Shown here piece by piece: positions 1 through 7,641 of a DNA stretch of 20,000 nucleotides; the first letter of the stretch is position 1; each line of letters begins with the position of its first letter. The DNA comes from an uncultured virus (IMG/VR IMGVR_UViG_3300004093_000014). Lineage: Duplodnaviria > Heunggongvirae > Uroviricota > Caudoviricetes. Under the pieces are notes generated by a model. It had not been told where the DNA came from, did no database searches, and worked only from the letters and a program-made list of their open reading frames with translations. The stretch is from IMG/VR virus record IMGVR_UViG_3300004093_000014. One strand, written 5' to 3'. The position numbers and the translations under genes are program-made.

Positions 1-587
1 ATCTGCTCGCGCGGATCGGCATCGCGAGCTGCGATGACTGCTTCCACCGCCGTCAGCAGTGGCGCCACGTCTGCGTGTTTGATCTTCGGGCGCTGGTTGA
101 GCGTCTGCTCGCGCGGCGTAGCCCACCGGCAGTTGCTCGGCTCGTAGTTCCCCTGCGGGTCCTTCCGATCGAGCGTCATATTCGCGGGGCGCTCGCCCAT
201 ATCGGTGAGGAAGTTGCTAAACTCGGCCCAGCGCTCGCAGATGGTGATGCCTCGCCCGCCATAGTCAGCATACTGCTTGTGACTCGGACGCTCACACCGA
301 TTGCGCATCGCGCACCAAGATCCATAGGTGGAGCTGGCGAAGCCCACCCGCGTGTGACCGTGCTTGTGGCGGTGTTTCTGACGGAACGTCTCTGTCGCGC
401 AGCCGCAGGATTTCGACTTGCCGGCGACGAGAGCTTCAGCAGGCACGACCTTTTCGCTGCCGCAGTCGCAGGCGCACAGCCATCGCGCGCCACGTTTTGC
501 GGTGCTTCCGGCGATCTGAACGGCGACAAGCAGGCCGAACCGCTTGCCCGTGTGGTCGGCGCAACGACCGAGCGTAGGGGCTGGCAT
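1..587 (-). CDS. Phage HNH-type homing-endonuclease-like protein (3' end outside window; absent from ORF track)
   Basis: Manual translation from ATG at 587 (TGATG overlap with the upstream gene): MPAPTLGRCADHTGKRFGLLVAV...WLCACDCG...SKSCGC...YGSWCAMRNRC...YADYGGRGITICERWAEFSNFLTDMGERPANMTLDRKDPQGNYEPSNCRWATPREQTLNQR. This is the typical YGGRGI...DR.D..G.Y.P.NCRWAT family signature. Confidence 0.85.
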   Translation of the reverse strand, partial: MPAPTLGRCADHTGKRFGLLVAVQIAGSTAKRGARWLCACDCGSEKVVPAEALVAGKSKSCGCATETFRQKHRHKHGHTRVGFASSTYGSWCAMRNRCERPSHKQYADYGGRGITICERWAEFSNFLTDMGERPANMTLDRKDPQGNYEPSNCRWATPREQTLNQRPKIKHADVAPLLTAVEAVIAARDADPREQ

Positions 588-1555
588 CAGCATGGCTCGA
601 ACGCCCTCCCTTGGTCACCATCGACCCACGTCGAGCCGTCGTTCATCCGGTAGGTGACGGTCGCTGTCTCAGGGTCGCAATCAATCTGCTCCCCAGGCAC
701 GCACCCGGGCACGAAACGATGGTCGCCGCAGCCGGCTTGTTGGTCGGCGTAGCTCAGGAATTTGTCGTGATACTCGCAGAGCCACCGCGGGCCATCGAGG
801 GGCGTCGCGTGCATGCACGAGCGGCACGTCGTCCGCGGGAACTCGCCTTCATGACAGATGGCGAGAGACGGGCAGAACCGGCAGGAAAAGGCCGCCTTGC
901 TGGTCGGGTCATCGAACAGCCGCTCCGGCGGTTGCGGGGAGGCGACGATCCGCTCAATCCGTGCGACGAGGGCCAAGCAAAAGGCCGGATCGTACTCGAC
1001 GCGCTCAAAATATAGCTCGTCATCGTTCTTGCAGGCGGCCGCATAGAGGCCACGCCGCAGACCGGTGCCGTGGAGGTAGAGTTGAAGCTGGGCGAAGTGA
1101 TCTGGCTTCGCCTCACGCACGGAGCCGGCCTTCACGAGCGCCTTGAAGACCTTCTCGTTCATGCTCTTAGCCTCGACGACGTGCTCGGTCGTAGGCGCCT
1201 CAGGCAATCCCAGGACACGGCCATCGACCTTGCCGCGGATGTGGCCGCCAGCGAGTTCGACGCGGAGCTGAGAGCCAGTCGCCTCGTCGATCTCGCGCAC
1301 GTCGCAGCCGATCATGCGGAGCATGTCGAGGATCCGACGCTCATAGACGTTGCCGGTCTCGAAGATGCGCTCGCGCTTGGCGGTCGGCGCCTCCGGCGGC
1401 GCGCACCAGCGGTATGCATACCAGAGCTTACGCGCGCATTCCTCGGCGACACCGGACATGGGCACGCCCATGCTGTCGCCGGTCCGCGCGCCCTTGACGT
1501 AGGCGGCGTCGATCGCCGCGACGGTGTGGGAGATGGGTTGCGGGAGCGCGGCCAT
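587..1555 (-). CDS. Cas4-like / PD-(D/E)xK phage exonuclease with Fe-S-type cysteines
   Basis: N-terminal C-x-R-x-LWY, GKVDG...VVEAKS, QLQLY, then CxxCxxxxxC and an extra C-terminal Cys cluster (CRSC...C...C). Lies next to Sak4 and SSB-like genes. Confidence 0.85.
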   Translation of the reverse strand: MAALPQPISHTVAAIDAAYVKGARTGDSMGVPMSGVAEECARKLWYAYRWCAPPEAPTAKRERIFETGNVYERRILDMLRMIGCDVREIDEATGSQLRVELAGGHIRGKVDGRVLGLPEAPTTEHVVEAKSMNEKVFKALVKAGSVREAKPDHFAQLQLYLHGTGLRRGLYAAACKNDDELYFERVEYDPAFCLALVARIERIVASPQPPERLFDDPTSKAAFSCRFCPSLAICHEGEFPRTTCRSCMHATPLDGPRWLCEYHDKFLSYADQQAGCGDHRFVPGCVPGEQIDCDPETATVTYRMNDGSTWVDGDQGRAFEPC

Positions 1556-1593
1556 CAGGCGGCTCCCTTGTCAGGCAAAGGGATAGCGGTCAT
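1555..1593 (-). CDS. Possible micro-ORF (MTAIPLPDKGAA) translationally coupled to the Cas4-like gene
   Basis: ATG at 1593 with GGAG upstream; its TGA overlaps the ATG at 1555. Confidence 0.3.
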   Translation of the reverse strand: MTAIPLPDKGAA

Positions 1594-1635
1594 CGAACAC
1601 GGGCTCCGTGCGATGTGAAATCGGATGGGGCGGAA

Positions 1636-1675
1636 GGGCGGCCGGTACGATCTTGGCGGAGAGGACCGGCCGCCC
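1636..1675. terminator. 11-bp perfect inverted repeat (terminator or processing hairpin candidate)
   Basis: GGGCGGCCGGT (1636-1646) pairs with ACCGGCCGCCC (1665-1675), just downstream of the NUMOD4-HNH stop. No strong U-tract. Confidence 0.45.
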
Positions 1676-1682
1676 GGCTTAG

Positions 1683-2132
1683 CTACAAATGGCTGAGTAC
1701 GATGCCGTGTGTCTCTTCCAATTCCCGGAGAACGGCGCGCCTCACCCCCTTAATCAAGGGGTTGTCTTTTCCCATTCGCGCCGAACAATACGAAAGGAAG
1801 CCGGGGGCATTCATGTTTTCTTTTTGTGTGCCCCACGCCAAATTATCCGCCTTGTTAACCGAAGAGTCCTCATTGAGATGCATAACGACTGCTCCGTCGA
1901 AAGGGCTCGCGCCGTGAAAAGCCTCGCAGATCAAGCGATGGACCTTGTGGGTACGATTTCGATATCTCAGCAGGAAACGGGTGCCATCCCACTGCCCCCG
2001 CACCGGCACGCCGCCGCGGGCAACAGTTCCGCCGTGAGGCATCTTAACGAGGTGTGGAACCCTCATCAGACGCCCCTCGGAAGAGGCTAGGTACTCAGGG
2101 ACAGACGGGATCGGACGCCACGTCTCAGTCAT
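1683..2132 (-). CDS. NUMOD4-HNH homing endonuclease
   Basis: ETWRPIPSVPEYLASSEGRL (NUMOD4 motif) and VHRLICEAFHG...VMHLNEDSSVNKADNLAWGTQKENM (HNH_3). Visibly more AT-rich than its neighbours. Confidence 0.9.
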   Translation of the reverse strand: MTETWRPIPSVPEYLASSEGRLMRVPHLVKMPHGGTVARGGVPVRGQWDGTRFLLRYRNRTHKVHRLICEAFHGASPFDGAVVMHLNEDSSVNKADNLAWGTQKENMNAPGFLSYCSARMGKDNPLIKGVRRAVLRELEETHGIVLSHL

Positions 2133-2141
2133 GGCGTCACC

Positions 2142-2696
2142 TCAAAATGGAATGTTGTCGTCGGTCGCCGCGGGCTGGTTGCGGTTAGCCCAGGGCCGCG
2201 ACGGCGCCGCTGCGGCCGGACGGGCGGCCTGCGGAGCCGGACGCGCCGCGGGCTGGGCCGGAGCCTTGCCGACGGGCGGCTGACCGCCGCGAGCCTTGTA
2301 GCGCTTCACCCCGTTGCGAGCATCGTAGGTGCGGTCGCCGACCGTGCGCTCGGGCTCGATCTTGATGGCGGCGACGAACGGCTTGAAGTGCAGTTCCTCG
2401 CTGTCGGCGATCGCCCCGGCGCCGCAGGCGGCGCAGAGATCCGCGAGCGTGCGGTGCGCGATGGATTGCGCGGTCGCGTTGCTGTTGCGGATGTTGAGGT
2501 TGTCCCAGATCTTCCGGTTGGCGTAGGGGCCGTCGATCACCTCCAGGGTGAGCTTCAGCATCTCGCCGCCGGTGCGGGTCTCGACGATCTCGCTCTCGGT
2601 GATCTGGCAGTTGTAGTCGCCCTGCGGGATCGGCTCGAAGGAGCGCTCGTCCTGCGGGACATCGTTCGGGTTGAAGGTGGTGCCGAGGCTGGCCAT
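2142..2696 (-). CDS. DUF669-family single-stranded DNA-binding protein
   Basis: FEPIPQGDY...MLKLTLEVIDGPYANRKIWDNLN, an Ala/Pro-rich linker and an acidic DDNIPF C-terminal tail. Confidence 0.85.
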   Translation of the reverse strand: MASLGTTFNPNDVPQDERSFEPIPQGDYNCQITESEIVETRTGGEMLKLTLEVIDGPYANRKIWDNLNIRNSNATAQSIAHRTLADLCAACGAGAIADSEELHFKPFVAAIKIEPERTVGDRTYDARNGVKRYKARGGQPPVGKAPAQPAARPAPQAARPAAAAPSRPWANRNQPAATDDNIPF

Positions 2697-2702
2697 GGTC
2701 GG

Positions 2703-3503
2703 TTACTCCGCTGCGATGCGAGCGGCCGCGGCCGCGCTGTGGGGGAAGTGGGCGGCAAGGGCGTCGTAGCCCCGGCCGGGCTCGTAGAGGGTCTTCTCGG
2801 GGAGGCCGTAGCGGTTGCCGGCGGCGTAGGCCGGGCGGCTGGTCGCGTGCATCCAGACGGAACGGCCACCGTCGGCGCGGGCGCGGGTCTTGTTGAAGCC
2901 GCTGTCCTCGGTCTTGATCGTGACGTCGGGCTTCAGCAGCAGGACGACGTCGACCTCGCGCTTGAGGAAGTCGCGCGCCTTGTCGTGCAGATCGATGTCG
3001 TAGCGGGAGTAGCCGACCGTCTCCGGGTCGTCGAAGCGCTCGATCTTGGAATGCGCGATCAAGATGATCGTCATGCCCTTGTCGCGGCGCAGGGCGTTAA
3101 GCCCGTCGAGCACTTCCTGCCAGACGCCGAGGGCGTAGACGTAGCCCTTGCCGTAGCCGAAGTCCTCGATCCGCTTCTTCTTGTTGCCCTTGTCGTCGCC
3201 GCGCTCGCCGGTCTCGGCCCAGATCAGCGGCTGCAAAGCAGTGACGCTGTCGAGCACGACGGTCTGGAAGTCGTGGTCACGCTCGTAGAGCATGCCGATC
3301 GCTTCCATGAGGTCGCCGAAGCTCTCGATCTTGCCCATGCTGGCCAGATCCAGAATGCCGTCGCCCTCTTCGGTCTGAAGGAAGACCGGGTTGACGAACT
3401 CGGAGGCCAGCGTGGTCTTGCCGGCTTTCTCGGGGCCGTAGAGCAGGATGGCCGGCGGCCTGGGCCGCTTCTTCTGTGTGAGGGTATCCCAAGAGACTGC
3501 CAT
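2703..3503 (-). CDS. Sak4-like AAA_24 ATPase (phage single-strand annealing recombinase)
   Basis: Start reassigned to MAVSWD (ATG 3503, GGGGAG RBS). Walker A YGPEKAGKTT, Walker B TVVLDS, FGYGKGY, ILIAH, AGNRYGLP. Confidence 0.88.
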   Translation of the reverse strand: MAVSWDTLTQKKRPRPPAILLYGPEKAGKTTLASEFVNPVFLQTEEGDGILDLASMGKIESFGDLMEAIGMLYERDHDFQTVVLDSVTALQPLIWAETGERGDDKGNKKKRIEDFGYGKGYVYALGVWQEVLDGLNALRRDKGMTIILIAHSKIERFDDPETVGYSRYDIDLHDKARDFLKREVDVVLLLKPDVTIKTEDSGFNKTRARADGGRSVWMHATSRPAYAAGNRYGLPEKTLYEPGRGYDALAAHFPHSAAAAARIAAE

Positions 3504-3504
3504 C

Positions 3505-4047
3505 TTAAGCTCCCCGATTGCTGCCGGCGAAGGCGCCGTAGTGTTGGACCTCTGCCGCGCGACGCGCAGCAGCCGCTTCTTCAGCCGCAGCGAACAGGCC
3601 GAGATGGAGCTTCTTCCCCGCCACCCTGATCTGGGCGGCGTACTTCTGCTTCTGTGCGTTGAAATGCACGCCCGCAAAGCCGCTGCGATTGGCTTTGCTG
3701 ATCGACCGATTTTGCTGATTGGAGAGCGCGTTGGCCTCCCGCAGGTTGTCGATCCGGTTGTCGGTTGCGTCACCGTTGCGGTGGTCGATCAGCGCCGGCG
3801 GCTCGACCCCGTAATGCATCTTCCAAGCGATACGGTGCGCCAGCATACGACGACCGGCGACGCTGACCGCAATGCTTCGATACCCATCAGGCGCCGTGTA
3901 GACGGTGCCAGCCTGGTCACCGACCTTGAAGTTCCGACCAATCGCTTGCGCGTAGGTCAGCGCGCCAGTGGCGGGGTCGTATTGGAAGCGCTGTCGTAGC
4001 TCTTCCAGTGGCGGCAGCAGCTTTGCCGCCGATGAACACGTTGCCAT
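3505..4047 (-). CDS. HNH endonuclease with C-terminal AP2 domain
   Basis: AHRIAWKMHYG...IDHRNGDATDNRIDNLREA (HNH) followed by SGFAGVHF...YAAQI...LHLGLF...EEAAAARRAAE..HYGAFA (AP2). AAGGAG RBS. Confidence 0.92.
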   Translation of the reverse strand: MATCSSAAKLLPPLEELRQRFQYDPATGALTYAQAIGRNFKVGDQAGTVYTAPDGYRSIAVSVAGRRMLAHRIAWKMHYGVEPPALIDHRNGDATDNRIDNLREANALSNQQNRSISKANRSGFAGVHFNAQKQKYAAQIRVAGKKLHLGLFAAAEEAAAARRAAEVQHYGAFAGSNRGA

Positions 4048-4062
4048 TCTACTTCTCCTTTT

Positions 4063-4162
4063 CAGTCGCCACTGTCACCGCCGAAAGGCGGGCCCGGGGG
4101 CACCCGAGAGCAAGACAGGAATGGCGACTGTGACCGCCCGTCGGCGGTGCTTCGGGTGCCCC
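4063..4162 (-). ncRNA. Candidate structured cis-regulatory RNA (interleaved helices, pseudoknot or switch)
   Basis: 4063-4071 pairs with 4122-4130, 4072-4076 with 4114-4118, and 4097-4107 with 4152-4162. Two CCGCC/GGCGG hairpins at 4078-4091 and 4134-4147. Confidence 0.5.
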
Positions 4163-4172
4163 TCGGCATTCG

Positions 4173-4637
4173 TTAGGCGTCCAGCTCGGAGGGGAGCGCG
4201 GCGGCGCCCCCCTCTTTGCCGGCGCATCCCGACCGCGCCGCGGCTCGGGAACTGGTACGGGGCCGAGCGATCGGCTCCACGAAACGGGTCTGCATCAGGC
4301 GGACGAAGACGCCTTCGACGTCGGTCGACCAAGAGGCGTCGATCCGCTGGCAGTGGTGGTCATCCTCGACCGCGCCGGCCAGCACGAGCACGTCGCCCAC
4401 GGGCTTCAGCGTGTTGTCGAGGTCGCGACGCCGCCGGTCGGGCCGGCCAACCATGACGGTCATGGCGTAGGGGCCGTCCAAGCGGCCGCCACCGGTCGCG
4501 CGCCGGATGATGAGGCTGCACTGGACGCGCCAGGCCTCGTACTCGCGGGAGCGGAGCACCTTCCGACCGACATGCCGCCACATCGCGTTGGCGGACGGCG
4601 GGTACGGCAGGGTGACGGCGACCATGGGGAGGGTCAT
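4173..4637 (-). CDS. rusA: RusA-family Holliday junction resolvase
   Basis: LPYPPSANAMWR...PDRRRRDLDNTLKPVGDVL...VEDD, matching the catalytic Asp/Lys pattern. Confidence 0.93.
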   Translation of the reverse strand: MTLPMVAVTLPYPPSANAMWRHVGRKVLRSREYEAWRVQCSLIIRRATGGGRLDGPYAMTVMVGRPDRRRRDLDNTLKPVGDVLVLAGAVEDDHHCQRIDASWSTDVEGVFVRLMQTRFVEPIARPRTSSRAAARSGCAGKEGGAAALPSELDA

Positions 4638-4643
4638 GGCTCG

Positions 4644-5069
4644 TCACGCTCCTCTTTGATCGACTGGAGCCAGAGCGCGCCGCGTAGCTGCCTGAGCGAT
4701 CCCGATTTGATCAGCCGCTTCGCCATAGCCTCGCGCCTGGAGGGCGACAGCCACTTCGCCGAGAGCGTCCACCAGCGCCGCCAGTGTCTGATCGTCGACG
4801 GCGTCACGCCGTTGCGCAGCGCGATCTGCTCGACGCTTGGCAATGGCACGTCCGGCCGCAAGCTCGTCGGCTCGGACGGCGCAGCGCGCGTCGCCGTAGT
4901 AGAGGTCTCTCGTTCGGCTGAAGCCGAGTTTGAGTTCACGGGCGGCACGATTGATCCTTTCCTTGATCGACCCGCTGTCGCCCGCGATGGTGCGGACGTA
5001 GCCCTGCATTTCTGCGAGTGGTGAGAGGCTGATCGCGCTCACGCGACGCTCCGACGACTTTTCCCGCAT
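4644..5069 (-). CDS. Phage early protein, possible HTH regulator
   Basis: Start reassigned to MREKSS (5069). SIKERINRAARELKLGFSRTRDLYYGDAR is HTH-like; stop lies 6 nt before the rusA start. Confidence 0.6.
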   Translation of the reverse strand: MREKSSERRVSAISLSPLAEMQGYVRTIAGDSGSIKERINRAARELKLGFSRTRDLYYGDARCAVRADELAAGRAIAKRRADRAAQRRDAVDDQTLAALVDALGEVAVALQARGYGEAADQIGIAQAATRRALAPVDQRGA

Positions 5070-5295
5070 TTCCGACGCGCCCTGATGTTCATTGCGAACA
5101 TCGGACGCGGGGAGCCGGCGGCATGCGAAAGGAGAGGCGGGAAGGTACGCAACACACGATGATCGCGAACGCCGGAGCCTGGCAGCACAGGGCGGACGCG
5201 AAGATTGAGAGCAGCCCCAGCGGATCCCCTGGCAGGGATCACGCGGGGTGCCTCGGCCTCGACGCAAGACAACACGAGGCGAGCTGGTGATGGAG

Positions 5296-5637
5296 CTAGC
5301 GCCACGACGCGCACTCCCCGTTCTTGAAGGCGCGAAGGCGACGAGCGGTCGCCAAAGTCACGCCGAGAGAGTTGCCGTTGGCGTAGCCGAGATCGCAGGC
5401 CAGAACGCCGAGCGGCCGATTAGACCTCTCCGCAATTTCGAGAACCGCGAGCATGCGGTTGCCCGGTCCGCTGCGGACCAGGAGACCCTTTACGTGCTTG
5501 TTCACGAGGTTCTTCGATCGGCCGACCAATCTGGCGATCTCGCGCACGGAATGACCCGACCGAGCGAGTTCCTGCATCCGAACGACCTCGGAGCGCATGA
5601 CCGGCTTCACGATGCCTTTGCTTGGCGTCGCCATCAT
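5296..5637 (-). CDS. HTH DNA-binding protein
   Basis: ELARSGHSVREIARLVGRSKNLVNKHV; start overlaps the upstream stop. Confidence 0.7.
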   Translation of the reverse strand: MMATPSKGIVKPVMRSEVVRMQELARSGHSVREIARLVGRSKNLVNKHVKGLLVRSGPGNRMLAVLEIAERSNRPLGVLACDLGYANGNSLGVTLATARRLRAFKNGECASWR

Positions 5638-5855
5638 CAGCCTCCGAACGACCCGACAGCCGGCAGATCGCGGTCGCGGCTTACCGCGCGCTTCTCGGCG
5701 TTCACGGCCATCTCGCAGGCGAGGCGCGACACGTGACGCAACTCGGGCGCGTCGAGGTCTGCGGCAGCGTCGATGCGCGCGCCGGTCTCGGTCTCGACCA
5801 TGTCGACGACCGCACGACCGTCGCGCTCAATGCCAAAGGCAGTCAGAGTGCTCAT
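5637..5855 (-). CDS. Hypothetical phage protein (72 aa)
   Basis: MSTLTAFGIERDG...; start/stop overlaps on both sides. Confidence 0.6.
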   Translation of the reverse strand: MSTLTAFGIERDGRAVVDMVETETGARIDAAADLDAPELRHVSRLACEMAVNAEKRAVSRDRDLPAVGSFGG

Positions 5856-5980
5856 GCGAACACCCAGCAGCCGCCGACGACCGCCGGGAGGCAGCACGCC
5901 GCGATGACGGGTCGGAAGCCGATAAAGCTGCAAGCCAGCACCGCGGCCGAGCAGGCGAAGGGAAGAGCGAGGACGGTCAT
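5852..5980 (-). CDS. Small hydrophobic protein (42 aa)
   Basis: MTVLALPFACSAAVLACSFIGFRPVIAACCLPAVVGGCWVFA; ATGA overlaps with cro and with the next gene. Confidence 0.5.
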   Translation of the reverse strand: MTVLALPFACSAAVLACSFIGFRPVIAACCLPAVVGGCWVFA

Positions 5981-6222
5981 GCCGGGATGGCCTCAAGCGT
6001 CGGGCGCTCGATACCGGCGGGCCAGCTGAGATGAGCGGGCCAGTTTTGCGAGAAGAACAGCATCGCGCTCTCGTACCGACCGAGGAAAAGGTCTCGGCCG
6101 CCTTCGAGCGCGTCCAGCTTGTTCGTGTCCTGGAAGAGCCGCCAGCTAACGGTGGTGCGCTCCAATCCGAGCGCATCGCCGTACAAGCCGGCAAGTCTGA
6201 GGATCTTTTCGCGTCCAGTCAT
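5977..6222 (-). CDS. Cro-like transcriptional regulator
   Basis: 81 aa, divergent from the cI-like gene; TTVSWRLFQD...FFSQNWP...WP..I.RP pattern typical of alphaproteobacterial phage Cro-like proteins. Confidence 0.8.
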   Translation of the reverse strand: MTGREKILRLAGLYGDALGLERTTVSWRLFQDTNKLDALEGGRDLFLGRYESAMLFFSQNWPAHLSWPAGIERPTLEAIPA

Positions 6223-6248
6223 CGGGACCCTGAGGGTTCGGTCCCGTC

Positions 6249-6325
6249 TTTATCGGTATTTCTACCGCGACTGTCAACGGCCTTTTTACCGCTCGTAGCT
6301 GGTCACGGCCGCGGGCATTCTACCG
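6249..6325. promoter_or_regulatory. OR region: three 14-bp operators, PR and PRM-like promoters
   Basis: CGGTATTTCTACCG (6254-6267), CGGCCTTTTTACCG (6278-6291), CGGGCATTCTACCG (6312-6325). Minus-strand TTGACA (6277-6272)-N17-GATAAA (6254-6249) points toward cro. Confidence 0.8.
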
Positions 6326-6327
6326 GT

Positions 6328-7113
6328 ATGGAATTGCAAGAGATTTTGGCGCGCATCGCGCACAGGCTGGAAGTGGTGGGCCTGACCGAAAGCGCCGCCT
6401 CGAAGCTGGCCGGCAAACCGGATGCCATACGCAATCTTCGCCGGGCGCTCGAAAAAACCGGTCGCCAGGGCGTGAGCACCGCGACGCTTAATGCTCTAGC
6501 GCCGGTTCTGCGCACCACCACAGAGTGGCTTCTTGCAGGCGCTGGGACGGAGGAAAGAGGAGCTACCAGCTCGGGCCCTGGTACCGAACATCGCCTAGCC
6601 GGCACAGCCTCAACGCATTCAGACGCTTCAGTCGTGCTGTCCACTCGTCGGCTCGTGAGAGCGACTTACGCCGGCTTGGTTGAGGCCGGATCGTTCCGGG
6701 AGGTGGCCGACTACGACGATCTGATCCACGAGGCTATCTACGAGCCCTGTGATCCGGAGTATCCAAACTGCCCGCTGCTGGTGTTCGAGGTGCGCGGAGA
6801 AAGCATGAACGCCCTACAGCCGCGGGCAATTCTGGAGGGCGACCGCGTCATCGCGCTTGACTTTGAAGGTCTTAGGGGACGCGTTCCGCTGCGGACTGGT
6901 ATGATCGTCGTCGTGCAGCAGTCGAAGGACGGCGGCCACCTGGTGGAGCGATCGGTGAAGCAGCTGGAGGTCTACGAGGACCGGTATGAATTCCACCCGC
7001 GGTCGACGAAGAAGAAGTACAAGCCGATCGTCGTGGCTCACAACATGGACCCGGACGACGGGCAGGAAGTCCGCATTCTCGGATGGGCGCGGCGCTTTTC
7101 CAACACCCTTTAG
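6328..7113 (+). CDS. CI-like repressor with S24 autopeptidase domain
   Basis: Start reassigned to MELQEI (6328). N-terminal HTH, Ala-Gly cleavage site (VEAG), catalytic Ser (VRGESM) and Lys (SVKQL). Confidence 0.9.
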   Translation: MELQEILARIAHRLEVVGLTESAASKLAGKPDAIRNLRRALEKTGRQGVSTATLNALAPVLRTTTEWLLAGAGTEERGATSSGPGTEHRLAGTASTHSDASVVLSTRRLVRATYAGLVEAGSFREVADYDDLIHEAIYEPCDPEYPNCPLLVFEVRGESMNALQPRAILEGDRVIALDFEGLRGRVPLRTGMIVVVQQSKDGGHLVERSVKQLEVYEDRYEFHPRSTKKKYKPIVVAHNMDPDDGQEVRILGWARRFSNTL

Positions 7114-7346
7114 GCGGCCGCCTCCGCAAAAAAGGCCACGAGGCTGGCCCGCTCGCCGGCACAGCGCTCGCACTCGTAGGGGATGAATGTGAGCATCGTG
7201 CGGATGGTGCGCTCGATCTCGTAAGGGCTGGCCCTGGCGGCCGGCACCTCTACCCGCGGGCAGCTCTCGCTGTAGCAGGACACGCAGCGTAGGCGCAGCT
7301 TGTAGGGCTGGTGCGTTCCGTTCCTGTTTGCGAAATGCACGGCCAC
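7110..7346 (-). CDS. Small Zn-ribbon-like protein convergent on cI
   Basis: CVSC...CERC; GAG before a GTG start; stop overlaps the cI stop. Confidence 0.55.
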   Translation of the reverse strand: MAVHFANRNGTHQPYKLRLRCVSCYSESCPRVEVPAARASPYEIERTIRTMLTFIPYECERCAGERASLVAFFAEAAA

Positions 7347-7454
7347 CTCACAGCTGAGCCGTCAGCTTCAACCAGAGATGGAGAGTCGGCAAGCGATCAT
7401 TTTGAGCCACTTCACTCCTGTGGACAGAGGTGGATAGCGCTTGGCGCACGGATG

Positions 7455-7504
7455 CGGTTTTTCTACCGCTTGCAGTTGACGCGGTAAAAGTACCGCGGTA
7501 CGGT
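7455..7504 (+). promoter_or_regulatory. OL region and PL promoter
   Basis: Operators CGGTTTTTCTACCG (7455-7468) and CGGTAAAAGTACCG (7482-7495); TTGACG (7476-7481)-N17-TACGGT (7499-7504). Confidence 0.8.
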
Positions 7505-7536
7505 CACTCATCGAAGCCGCCCTGACGGAGCGCACG

Positions 7537-7638
7537 ATGACCGCCTCACAGATCGTATTCCTCGCTGCCTTCGCCCCGATCTTCGGCGGCTCGCTCTTCT
7601 GGCTCGGCGGTCACGTCGCTTTCGCGATGGAGGTCTGA
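7537..7638 (+). CDS. Small hydrophobic protein (33 aa), first gene of the PL operon
   Basis: GGAG RBS; MTASQIVFLAAFAPIFGGSLFWLGGHVAFAMEV. Confidence 0.5.
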   Translation: MTASQIVFLAAFAPIFGGSLFWLGGHVAFAMEV

Positions 7639-7641
7639 GCC

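Noticed and set aside
75..653. 192-aa plus-strand ORF
   Set aside because: Shadow of the minus-strand HNH-like gene, which carries clear family motifs.
2388..3629. 413-aa plus-strand ORF
   Set aside because: Antisense shadow of the sak4 and SSB-like genes in high-GC DNA.
1683..4170. Group I intron housing the HNH genes
   Set aside because: Flanking genes are uninterrupted and the intergenic gaps are too short for an intron core.
587..4200. CRISPR-Cas locus suggested by the Cas4-like gene
   Set aside because: No regularly spaced repeats or other cas genes were seen in the window.
5039..5314. 91-aa minus-strand ORF and GATGTTC-N5-GAACATC palindrome (5084-5102)
   Set aside because: The ORF has no recognisable motif and overlaps the next gene. 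The palindrome is not in LexA-box geometry and has no supporting context.
7418..7437. DnaA-box-like TGTGGACAG / GGTGGATAG
   Set aside because: Two mismatches each and no adjacent AT-rich unwinding region or initiator gene.
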